From positions 10,666-74,665 of IMG/VR virus record IMGVR_UViG_3300029288_000151: 64,000 nt of DNA. The stretch is one strand, 5' to 3'. The notes under the pieces were generated by a model. The model saw only the letters and a list, made by a program, of their open reading frames with translations. It was not told the DNA's origin and searched no databases. Position 1 is the stretch's first letter, and each line of letters opens with the position of its first letter. Of this stretch, positions 40,163-49,558 are shown in pieces. Both the position numbers and the translations under genes were made by a program. This DNA comes from a virus (Duplodnaviria; Caudoviricetes).

Positions 40163-41431
40163 TTACAGGCCGGAGATTGCGGTGGACTGATCAAGAGCCG
40201 CAAGGCTCGCGATCGTGGGTTGCACCGGCAGAGCAATCTGGTTCGCGGTGATTGCGACGTTCTTCAGAACGCCAACACCGAGACCGTCATTGTAGATGCC
40301 GATTGCATAACGCTCGCGCAGCTTGATCTTGATGATGTCAACCGACTTGTCTTCCCACTGATCCATCATAACGTCTTCCTCGACGATGAGAGCGCCAAGG
40401 TTACGGCTATCAAAGATCATGATGTCGCAAACGTTGCGTTCCGGATCATAAGGAACGAACGGGCTGACGAGAACACGCAGCGGATGCGGGAAGTAACTCG
40501 GAATCGTAGCTGGCGAATTGAGATTCTGGTCGAGTTCCCCAACTGTAGTCGCCGTGTCGCCACCAACGCTGCCACCTGGGGTGTATGACTTACCCGAACT
40601 CATCCCAAGACCACCCTGGCTGGCATTATCCCATGGACGGCCAGTCTTCGGCATGGTGTGCGGCTGGAACCAGGAACCATTACCAGTGTTCTTCACAATG
40701 GTCTGGAGTAGTGGGTCAGCAAGCCACATTGACCACGCGAGCGGGTGAAGCAGGATTGTGTCCGGAATAAATCCCTGCATCATAATGAAAGCGTATGCCT
40801 GAAGCAGATCTTCCATCCGGCAAGAACCATTTGCCGTACCAGCAAGACCGCGACCCGAGCAAGTCCCGTAAACGGAAGTTGTCGGGTTGATATTGTCGAA
40901 CAGACGAACGCCGAGAGAAGCAATGGTATTCATGCCCTTTACTTCCTTGTGGCGGTCGAGAGCCCGACGAGCAGCGCGAAGGTGCAGATTGATTACATCA
41001 AACTGCGAATGCTTCTTCATCTCTTCCGAGATTTTGAAAGCAAGACCCGTCTTCCCGACCGTTACGGTCATCGTTCCGGGAGAGATGTTCAGGGTCTGCT
41101 CTGGATAGGCCATCCCTTCAGCAAGATCCATCGCGTACATGGCGCCAATTGCCGGGAAAGTAATCCGGGCACCGGCTTCATAACCGATACGATCGAGAAT
41201 GTTCGGGATGACGAGCATAGGCTCGACGGGCTCACGGATAACTTCCTCAATTGTCTTGGGAAGCCAAGCGCGAGCGTTTGGAACCGCGAGCATATCATTG
41301 AAGGAGAGCTTCTCCCCAATTACAGAGTTAATGCCATTGTTCATCCAGGTGTCGCGGAAGAGAGCATACGACTTCTTCTCGTCGCCATCCTTCAGCGCAA
41401 AGGCAGTGTCATAATTAATTCTAGTCGGCAT
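40163..41431 (-). CDS. Major capsid protein (HK97 fold)
   Basis: AMDLAEGMAYPE...VGKTGLAFKISEEMKKHSQFDVI...KLRERYAIG; AGGAGGT RBS; followed by a terminator. Confidence 0.92.
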   Translation of the reverse strand: MPTRINYDTAFALKDGDEKKSYALFRDTWMNNGINSVIGEKLSFNDMLAVPNARAWLPKTIEEVIREPVEPMLVIPNILDRIGYEAGARITFPAIGAMYAMDLAEGMAYPEQTLNISPGTMTVTVGKTGLAFKISEEMKKHSQFDVINLHLRAARRALDRHKEVKGMNTIASLGVRLFDNINPTTSVYGTCSGRGLAGTANGSCRMEDLLQAYAFIMMQGFIPDTILLHPLAWSMWLADPLLQTIVKNTGNGSWFQPHTMPKTGRPWDNASQGGLGMSSGKSYTPGGSVGGDTATTVGELDQNLNSPATIPSYFPHPLRVLVSPFVPYDPERNVCDIMIFDSRNLGALIVEEDVMMDQWEDKSVDIIKIKLRERYAIGIYNDGLGVGVLKNVAITANQIALPVQPTIASLAALDQSTAISGL

Positions 41432-41449
41432 ATCTCGAAACCTCCTGTC

Positions 41450-42829
41450 TTATCGGTGAATCAGGTTCACAATAAGTAGCTTGTCAGCCGAGTTTGTATA
41501 TGTTAGCTGATCACTGCGACCGCCAGTCGCTGAACCTGGAGTGCGCATATTTGCAGCAGTCTGTCCCTCGTAAGCCGTACGAACGCGATCGAGATAATCA
41601 CGGGGATTAGTGATGACGTTCAGGACCTGGCCGACGATACCATTCTGGTAATTCATTACGGCCTGCTCAAGCTGCAGAGAAATATCTGCGTCTGTGCCAT
41701 CACCGTAATCCGGATCTGCCGAGTAAGCTGCCCCAGCAGCGGTATAACCTTCCGCAGTTCCGATGTCCAGCGTCGCCTTGATCAGGTTGCTGTCTTCGTT
41801 GTAAGTGAGGAAGTCGCCGAGATTGAGATTGCCAGTAGCACAGAAATAACTGGAAACGCGAGAGTTACCGGTAGCAACTGCATCTTCGTACTGGTAGTAA
41901 GTCATCGTTGCCGCGACTGACCACGGAGAAGGAATTGCATTGCCATCGGCCTCATAAAGGAACAGAACGCCAGCGTCTGCATCGAGGTAGTAATCGCCAG
42001 CAGCGCCAATCGCTTCGATTGAGCCCTTCTGAGCCACAAGACCCCCTGTTACGCTGGGCGTGAACGGAGTCTCTGCTGTAATCGCAGCAACCGGGAACTT
42101 CTCGAACACATAAGCTACAACATCGTCGCCAGCTGCTACAGTCTCGGCATAGCGAGTCGTTGCAGCAAGACTTGTTGAACTGAACCAACCGCCAGTACCA
42201 AACACAATTGCGGTATCAGCGATGGCCCCATCCATAGTCTCTGTGGTCGTTACTGCCGGGAGAAGCGGGACAATACCTACGTAGTCACAAGTTATAGCAA
42301 CGAGTTCCTGTGGCTTGAAGTTGTTGTAGGTGAATGTCGCCGGGTTGCGGACATCCGAGCCTGCCGCCTGGTAATAGTTGTAAGAAGCGAACCCGATCGG
42401 CTTCGAAACGAAGTCCATTGCCCGCTCAGAAGCCGTAATCAGGCCACGGAGACGCAGAGCAGCGGTTACCTCAGCTTCGCTGTAACTGGTCGAACCATCG
42501 GTCGCATAAGCGACACCCGTGGTCAGATCGATAGTGCCAGCATCATAGTCATCGGCAGTGTAAGTAATTGGGGTTGTGGCCCCAACATAAAAACGCTTCC
42601 GATAACCAGCAAGGCAAAGATCGCCATTGCGGTCAACCGAAACTACCTTGCCCGAAGAGACAACGAACCATGCCTCAAGCTCATTCTCGTAACGAGCGAC
42701 GGGTAACCACTGAGCGACTTGTGCCTCGAAGTGCGGACGGACAGACTCCGAGTACTCCCAATTGGGAGTGATTCGCCCCATGTGGTCATAAAACTTATGG
42801 TTTGGGGTATACCCTCTATTAATAGTCAT
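41450..42829 (-). CDS. Capsid decoration/cement protein
   Basis: Between protease and capsid genes; AGGAGGT RBS; same GC-richer codon style as the capsid gene. Confidence 0.65.
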   Translation of the reverse strand: MTINRGYTPNHKFYDHMGRITPNWEYSESVRPHFEAQVAQWLPVARYENELEAWFVVSSGKVVSVDRNGDLCLAGYRKRFYVGATTPITYTADDYDAGTIDLTTGVAYATDGSTSYSEAEVTAALRLRGLITASERAMDFVSKPIGFASYNYYQAAGSDVRNPATFTYNNFKPQELVAITCDYVGIVPLLPAVTTTETMDGAIADTAIVFGTGGWFSSTSLAATTRYAETVAAGDDVVAYVFEKFPVAAITAETPFTPSVTGGLVAQKGSIEAIGAAGDYYLDADAGVLFLYEADGNAIPSPWSVAATMTYYQYEDAVATGNSRVSSYFCATGNLNLGDFLTYNEDSNLIKATLDIGTAEGYTAAGAAYSADPDYGDGTDADISLQLEQAVMNYQNGIVGQVLNVITNPRDYLDRVRTAYEGQTAANMRTPGSATGGRSDQLTYTNSADKLLIVNLIHR

Positions 42830-42854
42830 TTATAACCTCCTGACTTTCCTAATC

Positions 42855-45800
42855 CTACTCGCAGGTAATCTTTGTCTGCGAGACAATCATATCCCAAGTA
42901 ATCTGTTCGCCAAGAACGCCATTTCTCCTCATGCGGTCGAAAAGCAAAGCCGCTCTATTTTCTTCTTTATCCTGAAGGAATTCTCTCATTCTATTAACAA
43001 GTTCAAAATCAGTTTTTGACAAGCTTACCTTCTGGTCGTTATCTTTATCCGTCTTAATCGTGGGATCGTCAACCATTCCTTCGGGCTCTCTTGCAATCCC
43101 ACTAGTCATTTTATCAATAATCTTACCAAAGTCCACACTGTCAACAAAAGTTTTATAAATTATATCGAAATCTTTTGAATCTGTGAACTCGGCCTTTGCC
43201 TTGTCAAGACTGTCCTGTTTCCCAGTGGCCAGAGAGAGAAGAGCCGCATATTCTGTCTTTACACGACGCAGTTCCTGCCCTATCGTCACGCACTCGTCGA
43301 TAAGAATCTTATGCGAAGAGAACTCGTGCCGAAGCTCGTCGCGCAGGACAGAAACAGTGTCCTGAGAGCTAATAAGCTCCTTCTTCGCTTTGTCTTCTGC
43401 CTCTTTCGCTTCCGTTGCAGCCTTGAGACTGGAAACACACTCAGAGCACTCGCGCTTTACAGTAAGCTTGCGCTCAATCATGGTCGTTTCCACATCGGCA
43501 AACAGAGCCCGAAGCTCATCGTCTGTCAGGTCCTTCGGCTGTTTAACGGAATCAGTTGCGGGAGCAATAGGATCGGGCTGTGTATTTGGAGCCGAATCAC
43601 TGGAACCCGAAGAGCAACCAAGAGCCTTCGCCTTGCGTGCTACACAAGCAAGAATGCTCGTCTTGTTCCCCGGCCCCTTATAGCGGCCAATCAGGCGGCG
43701 AGCCGCTGTTACGTGAGAATTATGGACGAAGACCCCATTAGAGAGGGCAAAGTTATTAGTCCCTTCTACTTCAATGTCATAAACATCTTCTTTTGTGTCA
43801 AGTTTCTCGACGCTCATAACCTTATGGTTATAAAAATCTGCCTGCGTTAGGCTCTTGTCGTTAAGACGAGTTTTCAACCAAGCAAGAGAGATCTGCCCTT
43901 CTTGCCATTTATTTAGTATGGATTCTCGTGTTTCTTTAATTGTCGTCAGATTAAGGGTTAACTTATCAGTCTCGAATCCTGCTTTTTGGAACCATTTCTT
44001 TATCGTGAATCTGTCTATCTTATATTTGTCTTGTAGACTTGAGAAATTCGGATTTTCAAGATAATCACAATACATCTTCTCAAGATCTTGCCCAAAAGCT
44101 GCGGCAAAATAATCTTCTACAAGAGTTTTCGCTAATTCAGTTGGATGTTTGAATTCAGACAGATCCGCTTCATTAAGCCATCTTCTTATTGTAGAAGTTT
44201 CGACCTGTAGTCTCTCTGCAAGAAATTTTACTTCTACCCCAAGTTCCTTTGCAAAATAAATATCAACAAGACTAAGCCCAGAATTACCAATCTCCTCTTC
44301 TGGCCTGTTCCAATCGTAAGTCCTTTTCCCTTTCGAAATCGCATCGGAATGAGCAACAGAAAGAGCTTCATCCCCCAGAATGTGAGCCATCCTATTCTTC
44401 ATGAAGTTAGAACGAGCACGAACCTCTTCTATAGTCCGTGTTCTTTTGTCTTTATTCCCTGCGTCATGCAGTTTATGTAGTTTGCTATGATCTGCGCGAG
44501 AAATATATTCGAGGTTTTTTGGATCGTTGTTCTGTTTGTTCTCGTCGATATGATGAATTAGCTCTTCTTTCTTTGGAACCTGTCCAATGTCCTCGCGAGC
44601 GACCATGTGATGGGTGTATTCCCAATATTTGTACCATGGCTGGTATATCTTCTCATAAACAGCAGCTTGCCCAAACATTTCACTATCTTTGATATACAGA
44701 GGCATCAAAGACTGTTGCTCTTTAAGAGCAGAAGCCTCTACATATTCGAAGTCCCTTGTAAGAAATGGATGGTTTGGTGTACAGATAACAGTTTCGCTGT
44801 TGTCGAGAGTCACTTTAACGACATCTGCGGATACCTTCGCCTTCCATGCCGCAGTTACCTGTGCAGGGACAACTGCTTTCTGTCCCAGACTGAAGCTGTA
44901 GACCCAAACCTCTTGGCCTTCGTTCACTCTGCGAACAAGTTCCTGCATTTCTACTTCTTCGCCATTAAGCAATTTTATTTTCTGTTGGCCAGAAATACAA
45001 CAATCCGGGACAGGGAACGATCTACCCGGCCCACAGAAGGTCTTTTCTCCCAACTTGTTGCGCTGCTCAGAAGAAAGTTTGGCATCTTTCAGAGTTTCTT
45101 CTGATAAGATTCCATCCTTCGCCATGGCCGCCAACTCAACCTCCATCTGAGCATAGACCTCTTCTGCATCTATTGTCTGCCCCTGTGTCTCAAAATCTTC
45201 CAGGGCGTAAACAATATACGTTTTCTCGTCAATCTCCGCTTCGTCCTGCCCAAGATATTTCCCATCTTCCTGTTTTAACGCCATAATTTTCTTGGCGAAA
45301 TCAGCAAGGACAGAATCTTCTGCTTCTGGACGAGCTTCTTTAATGACTTCAAAAACTTTGCTTTCGTCGTCGTTTAGCTCAATGGGGGCACCATCTTTGA
45401 TCTCAATAATCATTCCTGTTGCCTCCTCTGAATCCCGAACTTCCCAAATCATCTGTGTCGGGAAAATCTCTTTATGAACCGGATCTTCTTCTTTAACAGA
45501 ATCGTAAGCGAACCCTTCCACTTCTACTGTAGTAAAAGGATCTGCATCAAAATTAACCAGGCTAAGCTCCTTGAAAAACATATTGCCGGGGATCAGATTA
45601 GCCTTTCTCTCAACTTCAGTGTCCTCGTCTTTGTACGTCTTCCCTGGAATATGTGAGCACATGCCGTCTTCTGGATCGAGCCAGTCTGCAAAACAAATGC
45701 TACAGAAAGCATGATCTGACCCAAAACCTACAGATACAGCATCAAACAGGCCAGACTCCATCTGCTCGATCGTAGTCGGATCAATAATATCGGCACCGAC

Positions 45801-46241
45801 TTTGACGTAGCCGAGTCCGCGCCATCCATCCGCCAGAACGGCTTTGCTTCTTAAGAAGGAGGCCATTGCCCGAACTTGCTTTTTGATTGGAGTCGCTTGA
45901 TCTATTAAAGCAAGAACATTTGGGTCCCCAACCAGATCTTGAGGGACCGTGTCTATATATTGGGCGGAAACGACTTTGCCAACCGGATCTGCATCTGGGT
46001 TATGATGCTTGAGGATCGGCGCACGCTTTCCCTTTGTGAAACTATCCGCGCCAATCCGCATCATGCTTGGCAAGTATGCCCGCTCATTCTTATTGGAAAT
46101 CGCAGAATGAGTTGCCTCAAAATACGTACGAAGTCGCCTTTTGCCGTTAAGAGAAGCGGAATCCTTGAATGTCTTCCACTGCTCTTCTGTCGGGTTTACA
46201 ATCTTATAACAATCTCGGAAAGATATAATTTTATTACTCAT
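42855..46241 (-). CDS. Prohead protease-scaffold fusion with intein (about 701 aa spliced)
   Basis: PILKHH, FDAVSVG, CSIC...CSHIPG and ELSLVN protease motifs; C-terminal coiled coil; Hint insertion. Confidence 0.88.
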   Translation of the reverse strand: MSNKIISFRDCYKIVNPTEEQWKTFKDSASLNGKRRLRTYFEATHSAISNKNERAYLPSMMRIGADSFTKGKRAPILKHHNPDADPVGKVVSAQYIDTVPQDLVGDPNVLALIDQATPIKKQVRAMASFLRSKAVLADGWRGLGYVKVGADIIDPTTIEQMESGLFDAVSVGFGSDHAFCSICFADWLDPEDGMCSHIPGKTYKDEDTEVERKANLIPGNMFFKELSLVNFDADPFTTVEVEGFAYDSVKEEDPVHKEIFPTQMIWEVRDSEEATGMIIEIKDGAPIELNDDESKVFEVIKEARPEAEDSVLADFAKKIMALKQEDGKYLGQDEAEIDEKTYIVYALEDFETQGQTIDAEEVYAQMEVELAAMAKDGILSEETLKDAKLSSEQRNKLGEKTFCGPGRSFPVPDCCISGQQKIKLLNGEEVEMQELVRRVNEGQEVWVYSFSLGQKAVVPAQVTAAWKAKVSADVVKVTLDNSETVICTPNHPFLTRDFEYVEASALKEQQSLMPLYIKDSEMFGQAAVYEKIYQPWYKYWEYTHHMVAREDIGQVPKKEELIHHIDENKQNNDPKNLEYISRADHSKLHKLHDAGNKDKRTRTIEEVRARSNFMKNRMAHILGDEALSVAHSDAISKGKRTYDWNRPEEEIGNSGLSLVDIYFAKELGVEVKFLAERLQVETSTIRRWLNEADLSEFKHPTELAKTLVEDYFAAAFGQDLEKMYCDYLENPNFSSLQDKYKIDRFTIKKWFQKAGFETDKLTLNLTTIKETRESILNKWQEGQISLAWLKTRLNDKSLTQADFYNHKVMSVEKLDTKEDVYDIEVEGTNNFALSNGVFVHNSHVTAARRLIGRYKGPGNKTSILACVARKAKALGCSSGSSDSAPNTQPDPIAPATDSVKQPKDLTDDELRALFADVETTMIERKLTVKRECSECVSSLKAATEAKEAEDKAKKELISSQDTVSVLRDELRHEFSSHKILIDECVTIGQELRRVKTEYAALLSLATGKQDSLDKAKAEFTDSKDFDIIYKTFVDSVDFGKIIDKMTSGIAREPEGMVDDPTIKTDKDNDQKVSLSKTDFELVNRMREFLQDKEENRAALLFDRMRRNGVLGEQITWDMIVSQTKITCE
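43719..44999 (-). mobile_element. Intein (427 aa) carrying an HNH endonuclease and HTH-like segments
   Basis: PDC|CISGQQKIKLLNG ... CTPNHPF ... HHMVA...IHHIDENKQNNDPKNL...HSKLH ... GVFVHN|SHV. Confidence 0.95.
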
Positions 46242-46258
46242 CTAACCAAAGTCTCCCA

Positions 46259-49200
46259 TTAATTGCGCGTTAGTCTACAATTGCACTCTGGATGTAGAGG
46301 AGGCAATTCTTCGTAGATTATAGCATCACCAGTTTTCCACCGCAAAGTGGATTTGCTACAGATTTCACAAGGTTGCGAATCTGAGCAAAGGAGAGAGATC
46401 TCTTCTGCCCCTTGTGCCTTATATCCGTCAGCTAATCCTGCGTTATAAGCACGTCTTATTTCGCCTTCGTCAATCATCTTGGCCCGATGAGCCAAAACCT
46501 TGAAGATGATACTGGCGGCTTCCGCATCTACGACAGAGAGTTCCTTGACTCCTACCAGATTGCTCTCTACCTGTTCGAAAACGTAATCACGGAGTTTATT
46601 TGTGAATCTGGTTACGTGCCGCTCTATCTTCGCGTCTGTTGGAGCAAGATTTATCTCATAATATGGTTTACTAGTGTCATTGATTCCAATTCGATAAGCC
46701 CGCTTGGCATGATCAACAAGTTTGTTCCTGCCAGTTTCAAAAGCAATACCAAATACTATTTTCGCTGTTTCTTTGTCCCATCCGCCGTTAGAGACCATGC
46801 CTCTTACGTCTTTCTCAAGGTCGTAAAGAACCGTCGACAGGGGCGGCCTTTGGGCAAAAATAGAATTAAGCTCAGAAGTAGCTCTGGCATCGTAACTGTC
46901 ATAACAGTCTTTGTTTAGCTTAGCTGAAGACCTAGTCCCGTGTTGATTTCGCGGCTTGTTCTTATTAGCCGCCGAACCAGACGCCTTAGCCGGTCTAGCC
47001 ACAGGCTTCGCTGTCTTTGCTACCTTCTTAGCCGCAAGTTCTTCTTTCCTATGTTGTTCTGCTACTTCTGTCTCTTCCTCTATATCTCCCTCTGTAACAG
47101 AGGTCGCATTAGAACGAGCAACAGCTTTGGATTCGGCCGACCATGGCTCGTCCAAGCTTTGCATCAAAACTTTGGGCTCTTCGATCTGCCGCCAATAAGA
47201 GTTAAGCCAGTCCTCTTCTGTGAAAGGCTCTTTTCCAATCGCGTCTCGTGCCTCATCATGAGACAATAGATTCTGCATATACATCTGCGAGCAATGATTC
47301 TCAAGAGCTTGTTTGACTTCGTTATCAATCTCTTTAAAAACCAGATAGACCTGATTCTCTTCGTCATCAAGAGATTCTTCCGGGAAGGTACTCTCTCTAA
47401 GAAGCTCTTTGATTACAAAAGTGTTTATAAAATCCTCAAAGATCCGCTGCTCTGACTTGGTCCTGTCAATAAGATTTCTCGACAATGTTTGCGCGGTCGA
47501 GTTCCCCTGGATACTAATCTTCCCATTCCGTCGCACAACTAATGTATGGTTTTGTGTCTCAAAACACCAGACTTTGTCTCTATAAAAGATCTTCTCAATC
47601 TGAGAAGTTCTAACTTCTACCGCCGCTTTAGGGTGGAAATTAACTCGCCCAACTCCTTGATGAGCAGGACCAAGAGCCGATCTCCATCCTATTCTCAGAG
47701 CTAACTCTTGGACATTATCTAATAATTCTTTACTACTAGAATAGTAACAAAATCCCTTTCTGTTTTCTCTAGAATCAAAGGATCCATCACCTAAAACCAG
47801 CGCGTTTAGTAAAATTTTTAGTTGCCGGGCAGACAGAGACAAAAATTCTCGGGGTATCTTTTTGTTGTCACTATAAGTTCCAACACTATCTGCTAAATAT
47901 ACCCATAACGATTTACAATTAATCCAAAATCTTGAGCATTCATCACCATCAACAGAAATATATTCGTTAAATTTAAAAGGCAGCCTCTCAAGCAAAGACC
48001 GTATTTTAACTACTTTCCCCAGATTTACTCTGTTGCTCTGGGAAATAGAAAGCGCCCATTTCCCTTCGACTTTCGCTAAAGTACCCTCACTGATAAAATA
48101 ACCCAGGAACTCTAACCAGTCATCCATATTAATATTATTAAACGGGCCTAGATTTTCATGGTTTGTAATCCTCTTGTCGTAATCAATCTGAGGAAGGTTA
48201 AAATTTATTCGTTCGATATTTTTAGTCTCAGAAGAAGAGGTTAGCAGACAGAACTTTTTGACCCGAATATCCCCAACTTCCCTAAATTCCCAAACAGGAG
48301 CTTTTTTGTATTTATAATTGCCATAATATAGTTTATGGTTCGGAGTTATACATAAATCAATATGACGATTTTTTACCTTGTGTAATTCCCCTTCATAATC
48401 AAATAGAAGCAGTCCGTCTTTCGGCTCCTGAAACTCAAGCTGCTGACTATCCCTGTTAATAGTCGCGACTAAATCATTTTCAGAGTATTCCCAATAATAT
48501 TTCCAACCATGATCAGTAAGTATTTGCGTATCTTTATCAAAACACCTATTGGCAGATCCGCCTTCTCCCATGTCGACATTGCTTACACCAAGGCCAGAGA
48601 ACACTCTCTGTTTAAAATGCTCAAGAACATCTTTTGGGTCAAGAGCTTTTCCCTCAGAACCCTTAACCTCGATCTCGTGCCTTTCTGGTGTGACCCAAAG
48701 ACCATCCGACGGCATACTAGCCAGTTCTCTTTGAACTAACTCTATCTCTGTAGTCCCATCTGGGAACGTCATTGCCGGATTTTTCTCTGTGCCGACTTTA
48801 TAATGGAAGAGGGGGAATAAATATTGATAGTAAAGTAATTCAATATTTTCTTCTATCCTGCGCAGCGCACGGATATCATCTTTTATTGGAACAGTGATTG
48901 GAGTTCCAACGGAAAACCCGTCTCTCTTGTCAAAGTAGAAATGAATTACATCCTCCGGATTAAACTCTACTTCTTCTTTTCCCCAAACACTTTGTCTGTA
49001 TTTTAATATCCTGCCATATTCATCTCTCTTGAAACGAATCGTTTCTGCCGGAGCAATGAAATACCCAGCCACAGGATCGAATGTTTGTCCATTCAGTTTG
49101 TATGATTTACCACCAGAAGCTTTCTTATCCCGCTTCTTAACCCAAAATGCATTATGCAAAGCGATAAGAGACCCGACCGTACGCTGGAACAAAATCTTTA

Positions 49201-49558
49201 TTGGGATGCCGGTGGCGGCCTCTATCTGTTGGAAACGCCTACGAACATAAGAGACCCTTGTTGGGTTTTGACCAACAAACTCGTATCCTTCTTTCATAAA
49301 GAGCGCTTCTCTCACAGCAAACGCTCTGCGCACGTACGCCTCAACGTCAATTATTCGGCCAACTTCTGCCAAGTCCCATTCGGGCGCTTCCCACATCGCG
49401 CTAACGACACGACTTCTGCCCATGTTGTGAGTGTAAGCTTTAACGGGCGACGGGATAATAACAGGAGTAACCGCTTCCTTCTTTGGCAAGAAACCAGAGG
49501 TCTCATCTTCCTTATATTTTACTCTTGCAAGAGGACGCTCTGTTGTCTCATCCGCCAT
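46259..49558 (-). CDS. Portal protein with intein and C-terminal MuF-like head morphogenesis domain (about 751 aa spliced)
   Basis: Portal motifs (IRFKRDEYG, FNPEDVIHF, GFSVGTP); C-terminal CEIC...PPLHPECNC; position between terminase and protease. Confidence 0.88.
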   Translation of the reverse strand: MADETTERPLARVKYKEDETSGFLPKKEAVTPVIIPSPVKAYTHNMGRSRVVSAMWEAPEWDLAEVGRIIDVEAYVRRAFAVREALFMKEGYEFVGQNPTRVSYVRRRFQQIEAATGIPIKILFQRTVGSLIALHNAFWVKKRDKKASGGKSYKLNGQTFDPVAGYFIAPAETIRFKRDEYGRILKYRQSVWGKEEVEFNPEDVIHFYFDKRDGFSVGTPITVPIKDDIRALRRIEENIELLYYQYLFPLFHYKVGTEKNPAMTFPDGTTEIELVQRELASMPSDGLWVTPERHEIEVKGSEGKALDPKDVLEHFKQRVFSGLGVSNVDMGEGGSANRCFDKDTQILTDHGWKYYWEYSENDLVATINRDSQQLEFQEPKDGLLLFDYEGELHKVKNRHIDLCITPNHKLYYGNYKYKKAPVWEFREVGDIRVKKFCLLTSSSETKNIERINFNLPQIDYDKRITNHENLGPFNNINMDDWLEFLGYFISEGTLAKVEGKWALSISQSNRVNLGKVVKIRSLLERLPFKFNEYISVDGDECSRFWINCKSLWVYLADSVGTYSDNKKIPREFLSLSARQLKILLNALVLGDGSFDSRENRKGFCYYSSSKELLDNVQELALRIGWRSALGPAHQGVGRVNFHPKAAVEVRTSQIEKIFYRDKVWCFETQNHTLVVRRNGKISIQGNSTAQTLSRNLIDRTKSEQRIFEDFINTFVIKELLRESTFPEESLDDEENQVYLVFKEIDNEVKQALENHCSQMYMQNLLSHDEARDAIGKEPFTEEDWLNSYWRQIEEPKVLMQSLDEPWSAESKAVARSNATSVTEGDIEEETEVAEQHRKEELAAKKVAKTAKPVARPAKASGSAANKNKPRNQHGTRSSAKLNKDCYDSYDARATSELNSIFAQRPPLSTVLYDLEKDVRGMVSNGGWDKETAKIVFGIAFETGRNKLVDHAKRAYRIGINDTSKPYYEINLAPTDAKIERHVTRFTNKLRDYVFEQVESNLVGVKELSVVDAEAASIIFKVLAHRAKMIDEGEIRRAYNAGLADGYKAQGAEEISLLCSDSQPCEICSKSTLRWKTGDAIIYEELPPLHPECNCRLTRN
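47501..48544 (-). mobile_element. Intein (348 aa) with LAGLIDADG endonuclease and Gly-Asn C-terminus
   Basis: ANR|CFDKDTQILTDHG ... ITPNH ... FLGYFISEG ... ALVLGDG ... RRNGKISIQGN|STA. Confidence 0.93.

Noticed and set aside
40745-41479. 244-aa plus-strand ORF and the many other 60-170 aa antisense ORFs in the track
   Set aside because: Shadows of well-supported minus-strand genes; no RBS or recognisable motifs.
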